A DNA stretch of 64,000 nt from Escherichia coli (GCF_045037415.1 NZ_CP173438.1), one strand, 5' to 3'; numbered from the stretch's first letter, positions 51,901 through 64,000 are shown. Numbers and translations: made by a program. The notes: generated from the letters alone by a model not told the origin.

Positions 51901-52937
51901 AGTGCTGCCGCGTTGTAATATTCGTCAGTGTCCGGGGTCATCAGCGCCTGCTCCAGACGCTGCTGTTGTTCGTTATCGCCCGCCAGCACGGCAGTTTGCT
52001 GCGGATTTAGCCCCAGTTTGCGGAACAGTTGCAGGTCTTTATCTTCTTCCGGATTCGGCGTGGTCAGCAGTTTGCAACCGTAGAAAATCGAGTTTGCGCC
52101 AGCCATAAAGCACATCGCCTGAGTCTGTTCGTTCATCTGCTCGCGTCCGGCAGAAAGGCGTACGTAAGAGGTCGGCATCATGATCCGCGCAACTGCAATG
52201 GTGCGAATAAAATCAAAGGCATCGACATCATCGTTATCCGCCAGCGGCGTGCCTTTCACCTTCACCAGCATGTTGATTGGTACGCTTTCCGGCGGCGTTG
52301 GCAGGTTTGCCAGTTGCAGCAATAATCCGGCGCGATCTTTTACTGTTTCGCCTAAGCCCACAATGCCGCCTGAACAGACTTTGATCCCGGCGTCGCGCAC
52401 TTTTTCCAGCGTATCGAGGCGTTCCTGATAGGTACGCGTGGTGATGATATTGCCGTAAAACTCCGGCGAGGTGTCGAGGTTGTGGTTGTAGTAATCCAGC
52501 CCGGCATTCGCCAGGCGCTGCGCCTGAGATTCACTCAACGTGCCCAGCGTCATACACGCCTCCAGCCCCATCGCTTTTACCCCCTGCACCATTTGTTCCA
52601 GGTACGGCATATCGCGTTCGTGGGGATTCTTCCACGCCGCGCCCATACAGAAACGCGTCGATCCCGCCGCTTTCGCTTTGCGCGCCGACTCCAGCACCTG
52701 TTCAACTTCCATCAACCGCTCGGCTTCCAGCCCGGTTTTGTAGCGCGAGCTTTGCGGGCAATATTTGCAATCTTCCGGACAAGCTCCGGTCTTAATCGAC
52801 AGCAAAGTGCTGACCTGCACCTGACGAGGATCGAAATGCTGACGATGCACCTGCTGCGCTTCAAACAGCAGATCCAGCAACGGTTTTTCAAATAATTCTG
52901 TGACTTGCGACAATGTCCAGCGTGGGCGGTGAGCCAT
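51897..52937 (-). CDS. bioB: biotin synthase (radical SAM)
   Basis: 346 aa; [11 protein letters not shown] radical-SAM motif. Confidence 0.95.
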   Translation of the reverse strand: MAHRPRWTLSQVTELFEKPLLDLLFEAQQVHRQHFDPRQVQVSTLLSIKTGACPEDCKYCPQSSRYKTGLEAERLMEVEQVLESARKAKAAGSTRFCMGAAWKNPHERDMPYLEQMVQGVKAMGLEACMTLGTLSESQAQRLANAGLDYYNHNLDTSPEFYGNIITTRTYQERLDTLEKVRDAGIKVCSGGIVGLGETVKDRAGLLLQLANLPTPPESVPINMLVKVKGTPLADNDDVDAFDFIRTIAVARIMMPTSYVRLSAGREQMNEQTQAMCFMAGANSIFYGCKLLTTPNPEEDKDLQLFRKLGLNPQQTAVLAGDNEQQQRLEQALMTPDTDEYYNAAAL

Positions 52938-52981
52938 GGGGCTTCTCCAAAACGTGTTTTTTGTTGTTAATTCGGTGTAGA

Positions 52982-53017
52982 CTCGTAAACCTAAATCTTT
53001 TCAATTTGGTTTACAAG
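52982..53017. promoter_or_regulatory. bio operator (BirA binding site) within divergent bioA/bioB promoters
   Basis: near-palindrome cgtaaacc-taaatcttttcaatttg-gtttacaag between the divergent bioB and bioA starts. Confidence 0.8.
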
Positions 53018-53023
53018 TCGATT

Positions 53024-54313
53024 ATGACAACGGACGATCTTGCCTTTGACCAACGCCATATCTGGCACCCATACACATCCATGACCTCCCCGCTGCCGGT
53101 TTATCCGGTGGCAAGCGCCGAAGGTTGCGAGCTAATTTTGTCTGACGGCAGACGCCTGGTTGACGGTATGTCGTCCTGGTGGGCGGCGATCCACGGTTAC
53201 AATCACCCGCAGCTTAATGCGGCGATGAAGTCGCAAATTGATGCTATGTCGCATGTGATGTTTGGCGGTATCACCCATGCGCCCGCCATTGAGCTGTGCC
53301 GCAAATTGGTGGCAATGACGCCGCAACCACTGGAGTGCGTTTTTCTCGCGGACTCCGGCTCCGTAGCGGTAGAAGTGGCGATGAAAATGGCGTTGCAGTA
53401 CTGGCAGGCCAAAGGCGAAGCGCGCCAGCGTTTTCTAACCTTCCGCAATGGTTATCATGGCGATACCTTTGGCGCGATGTCGGTGTGCGATCCGGACAAC
53501 TCAATGCACAACCTGTGGAAAGGCTATCTGCCAGAAAACCTGTTTGCTCCCGCCCCGCAAAGCCGCATGGATGGCGAATGGGATGAGCGCGATATGGTGG
53601 GCTTTGCCCGCCTGATGGCGGCGCATCGTCATGAAATCGCGGCGGTGATCATTGAACCGATTGTCCAGGGCGCAGGCGGGATGCGCATGTACCATCCGGA
53701 ATGGTTAAAACGAATCCGCAAAATGTGCGATCGCGAAGGTATCTTGCTGATTGCCGACGAGATCGCCACCGGATTTGGTCGTACCGGCAAACTGTTTGCC
53801 TGTGAACATGCAGAAATCGCGCCGGATATTTTGTGTCTCGGTAAAGCCTTAACCGGCGGCACAATGACCCTTTCCGCCACGCTCACCACGCGCGAGGTTG
53901 CGGAAACCATCAGTAACGGCGAAGCCGGCTGCTTTATGCATGGGCCAACTTTTATGGGCAATCCGCTGGCCTGCGCAGCAGCAAACGCCAGCCTGGCGAT
54001 TCTCGAATCTGGCGACTGGCAGCATCAGGTGGCGGCTATTGAAGCGCAGCTACGCGAGCAACTTGCCCCCGCCTGTGACGCCGAAATGGTTGCCGATGTG
54101 CGCGTACTGGGGGCAATCGGCGTGGTCGAAACCTCTCGTCCGGTGAATATGGCAGCGCTGCAAAAATTCTTTGTCGAACAGGGTGTCTGGATCCGGCCTT
54201 TTGGCAAACTGATTTACCTGATGCCGCCCTATATTATTCTCCCGCAACAGTTGCAGCGTCTGACCGCAGCGGTTAATCGTGCGGTGCAGGATGAAACATT
54301 TTTTTGCCAATAA
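53024..54313 (+). CDS. bioA: adenosylmethionine-8-amino-7-oxononanoate aminotransferase
   Basis: 429 aa from [20 protein letters not shown]...; PLP class-III aminotransferase. Confidence 0.94.
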   Translation: MTTDDLAFDQRHIWHPYTSMTSPLPVYPVASAEGCELILSDGRRLVDGMSSWWAAIHGYNHPQLNAAMKSQIDAMSHVMFGGITHAPAIELCRKLVAMTPQPLECVFLADSGSVAVEVAMKMALQYWQAKGEARQRFLTFRNGYHGDTFGAMSVCDPDNSMHNLWKGYLPENLFAPAPQSRMDGEWDERDMVGFARLMAAHRHEIAAVIIEPIVQGAGGMRMYHPEWLKRIRKMCDREGILLIADEIATGFGRTGKLFACEHAEIAPDILCLGKALTGGTMTLSATLTTREVAETISNGEAGCFMHGPTFMGNPLACAAANASLAILESGDWQHQVAAIEAQLREQLAPACDAEMVADVRVLGAIGVVETSRPVNMAALQKFFVEQGVWIRPFGKLIYLMPPYIILPQQLQRLTAAVNRAVQDETFFCQ

Positions 54314-54371
54314 CGGGAAGTCAGCGTGAGGGTTTCTGGCTACACTTTCTGCAAACAAGAAAGGAGGGCTC

Positions 54372-54848
54372 ATGAAACTCATCAGTAATGATTTACGCGA
54401 TGGCGATAAGCTGCCGCATCGTCATGTCTTTAACGGCATGGGTTACGATGGCGATAATATTTCACCGCATCTGGCGTGGGATGATGTTCCTGTGGGAACG
54501 AAAAGTTTTGTTGTCACCTGCTACGACCCGGATGCGCCAACTGGCTCCGGCTGGTGGCACTGGGTAGTTGTTAATTTACCCGCGGATACCCGCGTATTAC
54601 CGCAAGGGTTTGGATCTGGTCTGGTAGCAATGCCAGACGGCGTTTTGCAGACGCGTACCGACTTTGGTAAAACCGGATACGATGGCGCAGCGCCGCCGAA
54701 AGGCGAAACCCATCGCTACATTTTTACCGTTCACGCGCTGGATGTAGAACGTATTGATGTCGATGAAGGTGCCAGCGGCGCGATGGTCGGGTTTAACGTT
54801 CATTTTCACTCTCTGGCGAGTGCCTCGATTACTGCGATGTTTAGTTAA
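54372..54848 (+). CDS. ybhB: PEBP/YbhB-family (kinase-inhibitor-like) protein
   Basis: 158 aa; PEBP family sequence. Confidence 0.9.
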   Translation: MKLISNDLRDGDKLPHRHVFNGMGYDGDNISPHLAWDDVPVGTKSFVVTCYDPDAPTGSGWWHWVVVNLPADTRVLPQGFGSGLVAMPDGVLQTRTDFGKTGYDGAAPPKGETHRYIFTVHALDVERIDVDEGASGAMVGFNVHFHSLASASITAMFS

Positions 54849-54999
54849 TCACTCTGCCAGATGGCGCAATGCCATCTGGTATCACTTAAAGGTATTAAAA
54901 ACAACTTTTTGTCTTTTTACCTTCCCGTTTCGCTCAAGTTAGTATAAAAAAGCAGGCTTCAACGGATTCATTTTTCTATTTCATAGCCCGGAGCAACCT

Positions 55000-56283
55000 G
55001 TGAACACATTTTCAGTTTCCCGTCTGGCGCTGGCATTGGCTTTTGGCGTGACGCTGACCGCCTGTAGCTCAACACCGCCCGATCAACGTCCTTCTGATCA
55101 AACCGCGCCTGGTACCTCTTCTCGCCCGATTCTGTCGGCAAAAGAAGCGCAGAATTTCGATGCTCAACACTATTTTGCATCCCTGACACCAGGTGCGGCA
55201 GCGTGGAATCCTTCCCCGATTACCCTGCCTGCGCAACCTGACTTTGTTGTCGGCCCGGCGGGTACTCAAGGTGTAACGCATACCACGATTCAGGCGGCGG
55301 TAGATGCGGCAATTATCAAGCGTACCAACAAGCGCCAGTATATTGCCGTGATGCCTGGTGAGTATCAGGGAACGGTGTATGTCCCTGCCGCTCCGGGTGG
55401 AATTACTCTGTACGGTACAGGTGAAAAACCGATTGATGTGAAGATTGGGCTTTCCCTTGATGGTGGCATGAGCCCTGCCGACTGGCGTCACGACGTCAAC
55501 CCGCGCGGCAAATATATGCCAGGTAAACCGGCGTGGTATATGTACGATAGCTGCCAGAGTAAACGCAGCGACAGTATCGGTGTTCTCTGCTCTGCGGTCT
55601 TCTGGTCACAAAACAATGGCCTGCAACTGCAAAACCTGACCATCGAAAACACGCTGGGCGATAGCGTAGATGCGGGTAACCATCCGGCGGTGGCACTGCG
55701 TACTGATGGCGACAAAGTGCAGATCAATAACGTCAACATTCTCGGTCGTCAGAACACCTTCTTTGTCACCAACAGCGGTGTGCAGAACCGTCTGGAAACG
55801 AATCGCCAGCCGCGTACGCTGGTGACCAACAGCTATATTGAAGGGGATGTGGATATCGTTTCTGGTCGCGGCGCAGTGGTGTTCGATAACACCGAATTCC
55901 GCGTGGTGAACTCCCGTACCCAGCAAGAAGCGTATGTGTTTGCACCGGCTACGCTGTCCAACATTTACTACGGTTTCCTCGCCGTAAACAGCCGTTTCAA
56001 TGCTTCCGGTGATGGCGTGGCGCAACTGGGCCGCTCGCTGGATGTTGATGCCAATACCAACGGTCAGGTAGTGATCCGTGATAGCGCCATCAACGAAGGT
56101 TTTAACACAGCCAAACCGTGGGCTGATGCGGTGATCTCTAATCGCCCGTTTGCGGGTAACACCGGCAGCGTTGATGATAACGACGAAGTACAACGCAATC
56201 TGAATGACACTAACTACAACCGCATGTGGGAATACAATAACCGCGGCGTGGGTAGCAAAGTGGTTGCAGAGGCGAAGAAGTAG
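55000..56283 (+). CDS. ybhC: outer-membrane lipoprotein, pectinesterase-like (carboxylesterase)
   Basis: 427 aa; GTG start; lipoprotein signal with lipobox LTAC; parallel beta-helix-like repeats. Confidence 0.9.
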   Translation: MNTFSVSRLALALAFGVTLTACSSTPPDQRPSDQTAPGTSSRPILSAKEAQNFDAQHYFASLTPGAAAWNPSPITLPAQPDFVVGPAGTQGVTHTTIQAAVDAAIIKRTNKRQYIAVMPGEYQGTVYVPAAPGGITLYGTGEKPIDVKIGLSLDGGMSPADWRHDVNPRGKYMPGKPAWYMYDSCQSKRSDSIGVLCSAVFWSQNNGLQLQNLTIENTLGDSVDAGNHPAVALRTDGDKVQINNVNILGRQNTFFVTNSGVQNRLETNRQPRTLVTNSYIEGDVDIVSGRGAVVFDNTEFRVVNSRTQQEAYVFAPATLSNIYYGFLAVNSRFNASGDGVAQLGRSLDVDANTNGQVVIRDSAINEGFNTAKPWADAVISNRPFAGNTGSVDDNDEVQRNLNDTNYNRMWEYNNRGVGSKVVAEAKK

Positions 56284-56298
56284 GAGCTGTTAACTATG

Positions 56299-56414
<116 letters not shown>

Positions 56415-56423
56415 TGGCGCTTT

Positions 56424-58685
56424 TTACATCTGACGGTTTTTATTGAAGTTAATCAAACTACCCGCCTTGATAATCTCGCGTTCTTCGGCAGTCAGACTTT
56501 CCATATAGAGCGTGATTTCCGTTACCGGTGCATCTTCATGGATCACATAACCTTTAAACGTCGTTCCAGGATTATCCAGCGCCGCTTTAATGCCAGGGAT
56601 GTAAATGTAATCCCCCACTTCAAAGGTTGGCGCTTCCGCCATCTGCAGCGGTAACATCCCCCAGTTGATGACGTTAGAACGATAGCGTTTAGTCGCGTAC
56701 TCCTCGGCAATATTCGCCAGACCGCCAATCACACGCTGACAACTCGCCGCCTGTTCACGCGCAGAACCATCGCCTGGTTTCACCGCATAGACCATGCTGC
56801 CAATTTCAGTTTGCAGCGGATCAACATGTTCCTGACCAGCAATCTGCTTAATGCGCGCAAACACCTCTGCCATCTCGCTGACATTCCCCGCCAGACGCTG
56901 ATTTTCCAGCTCAGCAGTCGCTTTACTTCTGCCAACATAACCTGGATCGCGGCGTGACAGGGTAAACTCCGCCAGACCAATCGGATTTGAACGATAAGAA
57001 GAGGTTTCACCGGAAGGAATCAGTTCGTCGGTGGTGGTCACTTCGTCGAGGATCTTCGAGCACACTTTGAGGACGATATTGTCAGTCAGCGCACCCAATT
57101 CCGGCCAGTCTTTAATGTTCGGTCCGTAAATCAGCGGTTGCTGGGTCGCCCCTTTCACAAAGCCTTGATAGACGCGATTTTTATACGGCGTTACATCGAA
57201 GGCGTACTCCGGCACGTTGTCCCAGCAATCGAGTTCGCTGGCAGAGGTTAAATAGCCACCGTTTGCCGCAGTCGCAGCGATAGAACGAGCGTCCATCAAC
57301 GCCACCGCTGACATCTGCCCATTAGCTGGCTTAGAGCCTTCGCGGTTCGGGAAGTTACGCGTGGTGTGGCGAATACTCAAACCGTTGTTGATTGGCGTAT
57401 CGCCCGCGCCAAAGCATGGGCCGCAGAACGCGGTTCTGATGATTGCGCCTGCGCCAATCAAATCTGCGACCACACCTTTTTTGGCGAGATCCATAAACAC
57501 CGGCTGTGATGACGGGTAAACCGCTAACGAGAAGGTGTCATTGCCGCAGGATTGACCGCGCAGCGCATTCGCCGCCGCGATGACGTTTTCATAGTTACCG
57601 CCAGAACAGCCCGCGATAATCCCCTGCTGCACTTTCAGGCGACCATTTTCCACTTTATCCAGCAGCGAGAGTTTGGCTTTACCGTGCGCCACGCGTTCGG
57701 ACTCAATTTCAATCTCACGCAGAATGTCGGTCAGGTTCTGGTTCAGCGTGTCGATTTCATACACGTTGCTCGGGTGGAATGGCAGCGCAATCATTGGTTT
57801 GATGGCGCTTAAATCAACGCTGATGCAGCCATCGTAGTACGCCATTGGTTGAGGGTTAAGTTGGCAGTAATCCTGGCCGCGACCGTGCAGCGCCAGCCAG
57901 TTATGGACTTCTTCATCGGTTTGCCAGACAGAACTTAAACAGGTCGTTTCAGTGGTCATCACGTCAACGCTGTTACGGAAATCGGTAGAGAGCGCTGCAA
58001 CACCGGGACCTACGAACTCCATCACTTTGTTTTTGACGTAACCGTTTTTGAACACGGCACCGATGATAGCCAGCGCCACATCCTGCGGCCCCACATACGG
58101 CGCAGGTTTTCCGGTCAGATGCACCGCAACCACGCCCGGATAGTCGATATCCCAGGTGTCATTAAGCAGTTGTTTTACCAGCTCGCCGCCGCCCTCACCG
58201 ACTGCCATTGTCCCTAATGCGCCGTAACGGGTGTGGCTGTCTGATCCGAGGATCATTTTGCCGCCGCCAGCCATCATTTCACGCATATATTGATGGATGA
58301 CCGCAATATGCGGTGGCACAAAAATACCGCCATAACGCTGGGCCGCCGATAAACCAAAAACATGGTCATCACCGTTAATGGTGCCGCCGACGGCGCAGAG
58401 TGAGTTATGGCAGTTGGTCAGCACATACGGCAGCGGGAAACGTTCCATACCGGACGCTTTAGCGGTCTGTACAATACCAACAAAGGTAATATCGTGAGAG
58501 GCTAATGAATCAAACTTAATTTTAAGTTTATCCATATTTCCGGACGTATTATGAGAAGAGAGAATAGACCAGGCAATAGTGCCTTTTTTGGCTTCTTCTT
58601 TTTTAATTTCGCCGGTGAAATGTTCTTCGGCAATTATTTCGTTATTACTGGCGAGAAACACGCCTTTTTCAGATAACTTGATCAT
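56424..58685 (-). CDS. ybhJ: aconitase-family protein (putative hydratase/dehydratase)
   Basis: 753 aa from [10 protein letters not shown]...; aconitase-family catalytic and swivel-domain similarity. Confidence 0.88.
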   Translation of the reverse strand: MIKLSEKGVFLASNNEIIAEEHFTGEIKKEEAKKGTIAWSILSSHNTSGNMDKLKIKFDSLASHDITFVGIVQTAKASGMERFPLPYVLTNCHNSLCAVGGTINGDDHVFGLSAAQRYGGIFVPPHIAVIHQYMREMMAGGGKMILGSDSHTRYGALGTMAVGEGGGELVKQLLNDTWDIDYPGVVAVHLTGKPAPYVGPQDVALAIIGAVFKNGYVKNKVMEFVGPGVAALSTDFRNSVDVMTTETTCLSSVWQTDEEVHNWLALHGRGQDYCQLNPQPMAYYDGCISVDLSAIKPMIALPFHPSNVYEIDTLNQNLTDILREIEIESERVAHGKAKLSLLDKVENGRLKVQQGIIAGCSGGNYENVIAAANALRGQSCGNDTFSLAVYPSSQPVFMDLAKKGVVADLIGAGAIIRTAFCGPCFGAGDTPINNGLSIRHTTRNFPNREGSKPANGQMSAVALMDARSIAATAANGGYLTSASELDCWDNVPEYAFDVTPYKNRVYQGFVKGATQQPLIYGPNIKDWPELGALTDNIVLKVCSKILDEVTTTDELIPSGETSSYRSNPIGLAEFTLSRRDPGYVGRSKATAELENQRLAGNVSEMAEVFARIKQIAGQEHVDPLQTEIGSMVYAVKPGDGSAREQAASCQRVIGGLANIAEEYATKRYRSNVINWGMLPLQMAEAPTFEVGDYIYIPGIKAALDNPGTTFKGYVIHEDAPVTEITLYMESLTAEEREIIKAGSLINFNKNRQM

Positions 58686-58786
58686 CAAATGCTCCAGATA
58701 TCTGCGCACCGGAAAGTGCGCAGAAAGATAATAAATGGATATACTCTAAATAATTCGAGTTGCAGGAAGGCGACAAGCGAGTGAAT

Positions 58787-58818
58787 CCCCAGTCACTTAC
58801 ATAAGTAAGTGACTGGGG
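58787..58818. other. perfect 14-bp palindrome between ybhI and ybhJ
   Basis: ccccagtcacttac-ataa-gtaagtgactgggg; no flanking U-tract. Confidence 0.5.
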
Positions 58819-58867
58819 TGAGCGAACGCAGACGCAGCACATGCAACTTGAAGTATGACGAGTATAT

Positions 58868-60301
58868 TTACAGCATGTTCCAGCCGATCAGCATATTCCA
58901 CCACCACACGCCGAGGGTGATATGCACCAGGAAGGTTAATATCGTCAGTACCGCACCGACCAACCACCAGGATTTAATATCGTTGTAACCCACGCCAAAG
59001 ATGACCGGACCTGCCGCGCCGCCATAGTGAGTAACCATGCCGCCATAGGAGTTAGAGAACAACAGTGCCAGCGCGGTTAACATTAACGGTGCGCCGGAGA
59101 CATTCGCCAGCATGGCAAATACCGGTAACATGGCAACGATATAGGCACTACCAGAAGCGAAGAAATAACGCACGATGATGCTGAGGAAAATAATAACGAA
59201 GAAAGCAACGTTCCCGTGACCATCAAATGCCAGGTTATTTTTAAAGACTTCAGCTAACCATTCGAAGAATTTAACTTTCGATAATAAGGAGCTTAAGCCG
59301 ATAATACCGCCGTACCAGATTAAGGTATTCCAGCCGCCTTTATTTTTAACCACGTCTTCCCAGGTAACGATACCCAGCAGCAGCATAGTTGCCATAACAA
59401 CGATTGCCACGGTGGATTCATCAACCCCCAGAGACTTACTGAAAATCCAGCCCAGCAGCGCCAGCACAAAGACACCGAGCAGCATTTTTTCGCGGATTTT
59501 CATCGGTCCCAGTTCGGCAAGGCCCGCTTTAGCGATGGTTTTGTTATCCACCTTCTTAATTTCTGGTGGATACATGGTGTAAATCACCAGCGGGGTGACC
59601 AGCAGCATAATGATGCCCGGCAATCCGGCGGCTAACGCCCATCCACCCCAGCTAATTTGCAGGTGCAGAATGTCGTTGATCATTTTCAGCGCCAGAATGT
59701 TCCCCGCCATTGCGGTAAAGAACATATAGCTGGTGGTTTTGGTGACCATGTAAATGGACATCATCAGGTAATGTCCAACACGACGCGGACTTTTTTCCGG
59801 TTCTGATCCCAAAGCCACTGCCACGCTGTTGATGATCGGTAACACGATGCCGCCCGCACGCGCGGTGTTAGACGGTGTTGCCGGAGCCAGTACCAGATCG
59901 AGAAATACCGTAACGTAACCCAGACCCAGGGTAGTGCTACCAATTTTACCAATCAGCAGATAGGCAATACGTTTACCTAAGCCTGTGGTTACAAACGCGG
60001 CGCTTAAAGTAAACGCAGAAAACACCAGCCAGGTGGTACCGGAAGAGTAACCGCTTAATACAGCGGTGGTTTTAAATTCCCCACCTGATAAGTTACCCAC
60101 CACTACCATCGATGCGGCGACGGCAATTAACAGTACGACAGGTTCCGGGAAAGGCTTGATAACCAGCCCCACAATGGCCGCCAGGTAAATACCAAAAAGC
60201 ACCCACGCCAGTTCGCTTAATCCTGCCGGAGCTGGCATAAAGCCAATAATACATGGGATTGCTAATATCAGAATTAGCTTCCATAACGATTTCTTATTCA
60301 T
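58868..60301 (-). CDS. ybhI: DASS-family (divalent anion:Na+ symporter) transporter
   Basis: 477 aa; multi-pass membrane protein of CitT/SLC13 type. Confidence 0.88.
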   Translation of the reverse strand: MNKKSLWKLILILAIPCIIGFMPAPAGLSELAWVLFGIYLAAIVGLVIKPFPEPVVLLIAVAASMVVVGNLSGGEFKTTAVLSGYSSGTTWLVFSAFTLSAAFVTTGLGKRIAYLLIGKIGSTTLGLGYVTVFLDLVLAPATPSNTARAGGIVLPIINSVAVALGSEPEKSPRRVGHYLMMSIYMVTKTTSYMFFTAMAGNILALKMINDILHLQISWGGWALAAGLPGIIMLLVTPLVIYTMYPPEIKKVDNKTIAKAGLAELGPMKIREKMLLGVFVLALLGWIFSKSLGVDESTVAIVVMATMLLLGIVTWEDVVKNKGGWNTLIWYGGIIGLSSLLSKVKFFEWLAEVFKNNLAFDGHGNVAFFVIIFLSIIVRYFFASGSAYIVAMLPVFAMLANVSGAPLMLTALALLFSNSYGGMVTHYGGAAGPVIFGVGYNDIKSWWLVGAVLTILTFLVHITLGVWWWNMLIGWNML

Positions 60302-60376
60302 TTAATATCCTGTTCTTTCTGTATGACTCATACAGAATTCCTTTATTGATTGTCATTATCACGACAACAAAATTTT

Positions 60377-61429
60377 TCAGGGAAGATAAACTTCACCGGA
60401 AAATATTTTTCTGGTCGTCCGAATAACAGATGCGCGTAACGTCGTGGCATCCTGACCTTCATTACTTAAATGAACGTCGAGCGCACCACTGGGGTGTTCA
60501 ATATTGATATTGCCGTATCCTACAGAAGGGACGATTTGTCGGGTGACGGTACCTTCCAATGCACAACTACTGGAAATAGCAATAGCACCGGTTATCGCCA
60601 AAGCGCGATGGCAAGAATGCGGCATAAAATAACGCACATTAATTGCCCCGCCTTTCTGCGCTGGAGAAATAAGTACAGGTTTAGGGATAACCATATTACT
60701 GACATCGCCTAAACCCATTGCTTTACCCGCTTGTAGACGGATAGATTCAATGCGGGCTAATAATGCGTTGTCGGCATCCAGCTCTGCCGGTAATTCATAG
60801 CCTGTTTTTCCCAGATATTCAGCAGGAATAATGACAACTGGCATCGCCATATCGATACAGGTCACCGGGACATCGTCAAAATAATCAATCTGATTATCCG
60901 TCGGGAAGACTTTTCCGGTTTTCGTTCCGGCGGCATTCAGGAAAGTGAGCGCAACCGGTGCGGCAGTACCCGGTACGCCGTCAATTCTGGCGCTACCCTC
61001 GTACTCGACAACACCATTTGGCGTTTGCACATCAGCTTCGATGAACGTACCCGTATTGACGTTGCGGATACGTACGCGGGTAACTGGCGAAGTCGCTGCA
61101 ATCAAACCATTTTCAATGGCGAATGCCCCAACGCCAGACAGCATATTGCCGCAGTTAGGCGTGGTATCGACACGTTGCTCATGGACGATAACTTGAGCAA
61201 ACAGATAATCGACATCTGCACGCGGATCGCTGGAGCGGCTAATAATGGCGACTTTACTGGTCAGCGGATTACCGCCGCCAATACCGTCAATTTCCAGATC
61301 GTTACCGGAACCCATAATTGCCATCAATATTTTATCGCGCTGCGTTTGATCTTCGGGTAGATGTTCCGCTAACAGGAACGCGCCCCTCGAGGTTCCACCT
61401 CGCATCATCACGCAGGGTATTTTTTTCAT
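60377..61429 (-). CDS. ybhH: PrpF/AcnD-accessory-like isomerase
   Basis: 350 aa; PrpF-family diaminopimelate-epimerase-like fold. Confidence 0.85.
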   Translation of the reverse strand: MKKIPCVMMRGGTSRGAFLLAEHLPEDQTQRDKILMAIMGSGNDLEIDGIGGGNPLTSKVAIISRSSDPRADVDYLFAQVIVHEQRVDTTPNCGNMLSGVGAFAIENGLIAATSPVTRVRIRNVNTGTFIEADVQTPNGVVEYEGSARIDGVPGTAAPVALTFLNAAGTKTGKVFPTDNQIDYFDDVPVTCIDMAMPVVIIPAEYLGKTGYELPAELDADNALLARIESIRLQAGKAMGLGDVSNMVIPKPVLISPAQKGGAINVRYFMPHSCHRALAITGAIAISSSCALEGTVTRQIVPSVGYGNINIEHPSGALDVHLSNEGQDATTLRASVIRTTRKIFSGEVYLP

Positions 61430-61612
61430 AATAATGCCCTCAATTTAAAAACATAACTTATTGCGATATGGTTACATTAAGGGCAAAGCATCTCTAATGA
61501 CTTTAGCTCAACGATTAATAACATTTTTTCATTAATTTAAGTTGGCTAAATGCAGTTAAAATTTTTAACTGCCAGTCACCCAAAATCGTCGCTTCCATTT
61601 TCCGGAGTAATA

Positions 61613-62566
61613 ATGAAGCATGAATTATCAAGTATGAAGGCATTTGTCATACTGGCAGAGTCCAGTTCATTTAACAATGCTGCTAAATTACTCAATATTA
61701 CGCAACCTGCATTAACGCGAAGAATAAAAAAGATGGAGGAAGATTTACACATTCAACTATTTGAGCGTACAACTCGCAAGGTTACGTTAACAAAAGCAGG
61801 AAAAAGGTTGCTCCCGGAGGCGCGGGAATTAATAAAAAAATTCGATGAAACGCTTTTTAGTATTCGCGACATGAATGCTTATCATCGAGGTATGGTGACG
61901 TTAGCGTGTATTCCGACCGCGGTATTTTATTTTTTACCATTGGCAATCGGTAAATTTAATGAGCTGTATCCCAATATTAAAGTGCGGATTCTGGAACAAG
62001 GCACGAATAATTGCATGGAATCGGTGCTGTGTAACGAATCAGACTTTGGCATAAACATGAACAACGTCACAAATTCATCCATTGATTTTACCCCACTGGT
62101 CAACGAGCCGTTCGTGCTGGCCTGTCGGCGTGACCATCCATTGGCCAAAAAGCAGCTTGTAGAATGGCAGGAGTTAGTGGGTTACAAAATGATTGGCGTA
62201 CGCTCCTCCAGCGGCAACCGACTGTTGATAGAACAACAGCTAGCCGACAAGCCCTGGAAGCTGGACTGGTTTTACGAAGTGCGTCATCTTTCGACGTCAT
62301 TAGGGCTGGTGGAGGCGGGACTGGGGATTTCGGCGCTTCCTGGTCTGGCAATGCCCCATGCGCCCTATTCTTCGATTATTGGTATCCCACTGGTGGAACC
62401 CGTTATACGTCGGACATTGGGGATTATTCGCCGCAAAGATGCCGTGCTTTCTCCGGCAGCTGAACGCTTTTTTGCCTTGCTGATTAATTTGTGGACTGAC
62501 GATAAAGACAATTTGTGGACCAATATCGTCGAACGCCAGAGACATGCGTTACAGGAGATAGGTTAA
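61613..62566 (+). CDS. ybhD: LysR-type transcriptional regulator
   Basis: 317 aa from MKHELSSMKAFVIL...; N-terminal LysR HTH; divergent from ybhH. Confidence 0.85.
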   Translation: MKHELSSMKAFVILAESSSFNNAAKLLNITQPALTRRIKKMEEDLHIQLFERTTRKVTLTKAGKRLLPEARELIKKFDETLFSIRDMNAYHRGMVTLACIPTAVFYFLPLAIGKFNELYPNIKVRILEQGTNNCMESVLCNESDFGINMNNVTNSSIDFTPLVNEPFVLACRRDHPLAKKQLVEWQELVGYKMIGVRSSSGNRLLIEQQLADKPWKLDWFYEVRHLSTSLGLVEAGLGISALPGLAMPHAPYSSIIGIPLVEPVIRRTLGIIRRKDAVLSPAAERFFALLINLWTDDKDNLWTNIVERQRHALQEIG

Positions 62567-62570
62567 TACA

Positions 62571-62594
62571 CCGGCGCAGGAGAGACTGCGCCGG
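62571..62594. terminator. bidirectional terminator hairpin between ybhD and pgl
   Basis: ccggcgcaggagagactgcgccgg. Confidence 0.7.
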
Positions 62595-62606
62595 TTAAAT
62601 CAGCGG

Positions 62607-63638
<1,032 letters not shown>

Positions 63639-63756
63639 CTAAAATTAGTCGCTTTTGGCGGTGAATGCTGAATTAAAACGCAGAATTTTGTCCGATAGTG
63701 GTATCGGTGTACCATTCGCGCAGACGAAAATTCTTAACCTTAATCTGGAATACGCC

Positions 63757-64000
63757 ATGACCACACGCGTGATTGCTCTCGACTTAGACGGCACCTTATT
63801 GACCCCGAAAAAGACCCTGCTTCCATCATCGATAGAAGCCCTGGCCCGCGCTCGCGAAGCAGGCTATCGATTAATCATCGTCACAGGTCGCCATCACGTC
63901 GCTATTCATCCTTTTTATCAGGCGCTGGCGCTGGATACACCTGCTATTTGCTGTAATGGCACCTATTTGTATGATTATCATGCAAAAACCGTGCTGGAAG
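63757..64000 (+). CDS. ybhA: HAD-family pyridoxal phosphate/sugar phosphatase (5' part, runs off window)
   Basis: N-terminal HAD motif ALDLDGTLL; partial ORF truncated by window end. Confidence 0.88.
   Translation, partial: MTTRVIALDLDGTLLTPKKTLLPSSIEALARAREAGYRLIIVTGRHHVAIHPFYQALALDTPAICCNGTYLYDYHAKTVLE

Noticed and set aside
55606-56193. 195-aa ORF antisense to ybhC
   Set aside because: Embedded in ybhC; antisense frame artefact.

Overview
This window reads as an ordinary Escherichia coli core-chromosome segment, collinear with the K-12 fsaA to ybhA interval in reverse orientation; I find no convincing novel system in it. All identifications and K-12 comparisons are from sequence reading and recalled knowledge, with no database search run. 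I call 58 intact protein genes plus one truncated remnant: fsaA, ybiY-ybiW (glycyl-radical enzyme pair), ybiV, ybiT, ldtB, ybiR-mntR, mntS, opgE, ompX, rhtA, dps, glnHPQ, ybiO, rlmF, mcbA, fiu-ybiX-ybiI, ybiJ, ybiC, ybiB-dinG, rhlE, cecR-ybhGFSR, ybhQ, ybhP-clsB-ybhN, ybhM, ybhL, moaABCDE, ybhK, uvrB, bioA/bioBFCD, ybhB, ybhC, ybhJ-ybhI-ybhH, ybhD, pgl and the 5' end of ybhA. There are no tRNA or rRNA genes, CRISPR arrays, IS elements, integrases or prophage genes; the only repeats are REP/BIME-type extragenic palindromes. Regulatory sites readable in the sequence include LexA boxes (dinG, uvrB), DnaA boxes (uvrB), the bio operator, a Fur box (fiu), MntR operators (mntS), the sigma-54 glnHp2 promoter and several rho-independent terminators. 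The two most notable observations are apparent strain-specific gene-content differences from the K-12 order as I recall it: ybiU is missing between ybiV and ybiT, and ybiA survives only as a C-terminal remnant abutting the dinG promoter. The under-characterised ybhH-ybhI-ybhJ/ybhD and ybiY-ybiW modules are the best candidates for follow-up.
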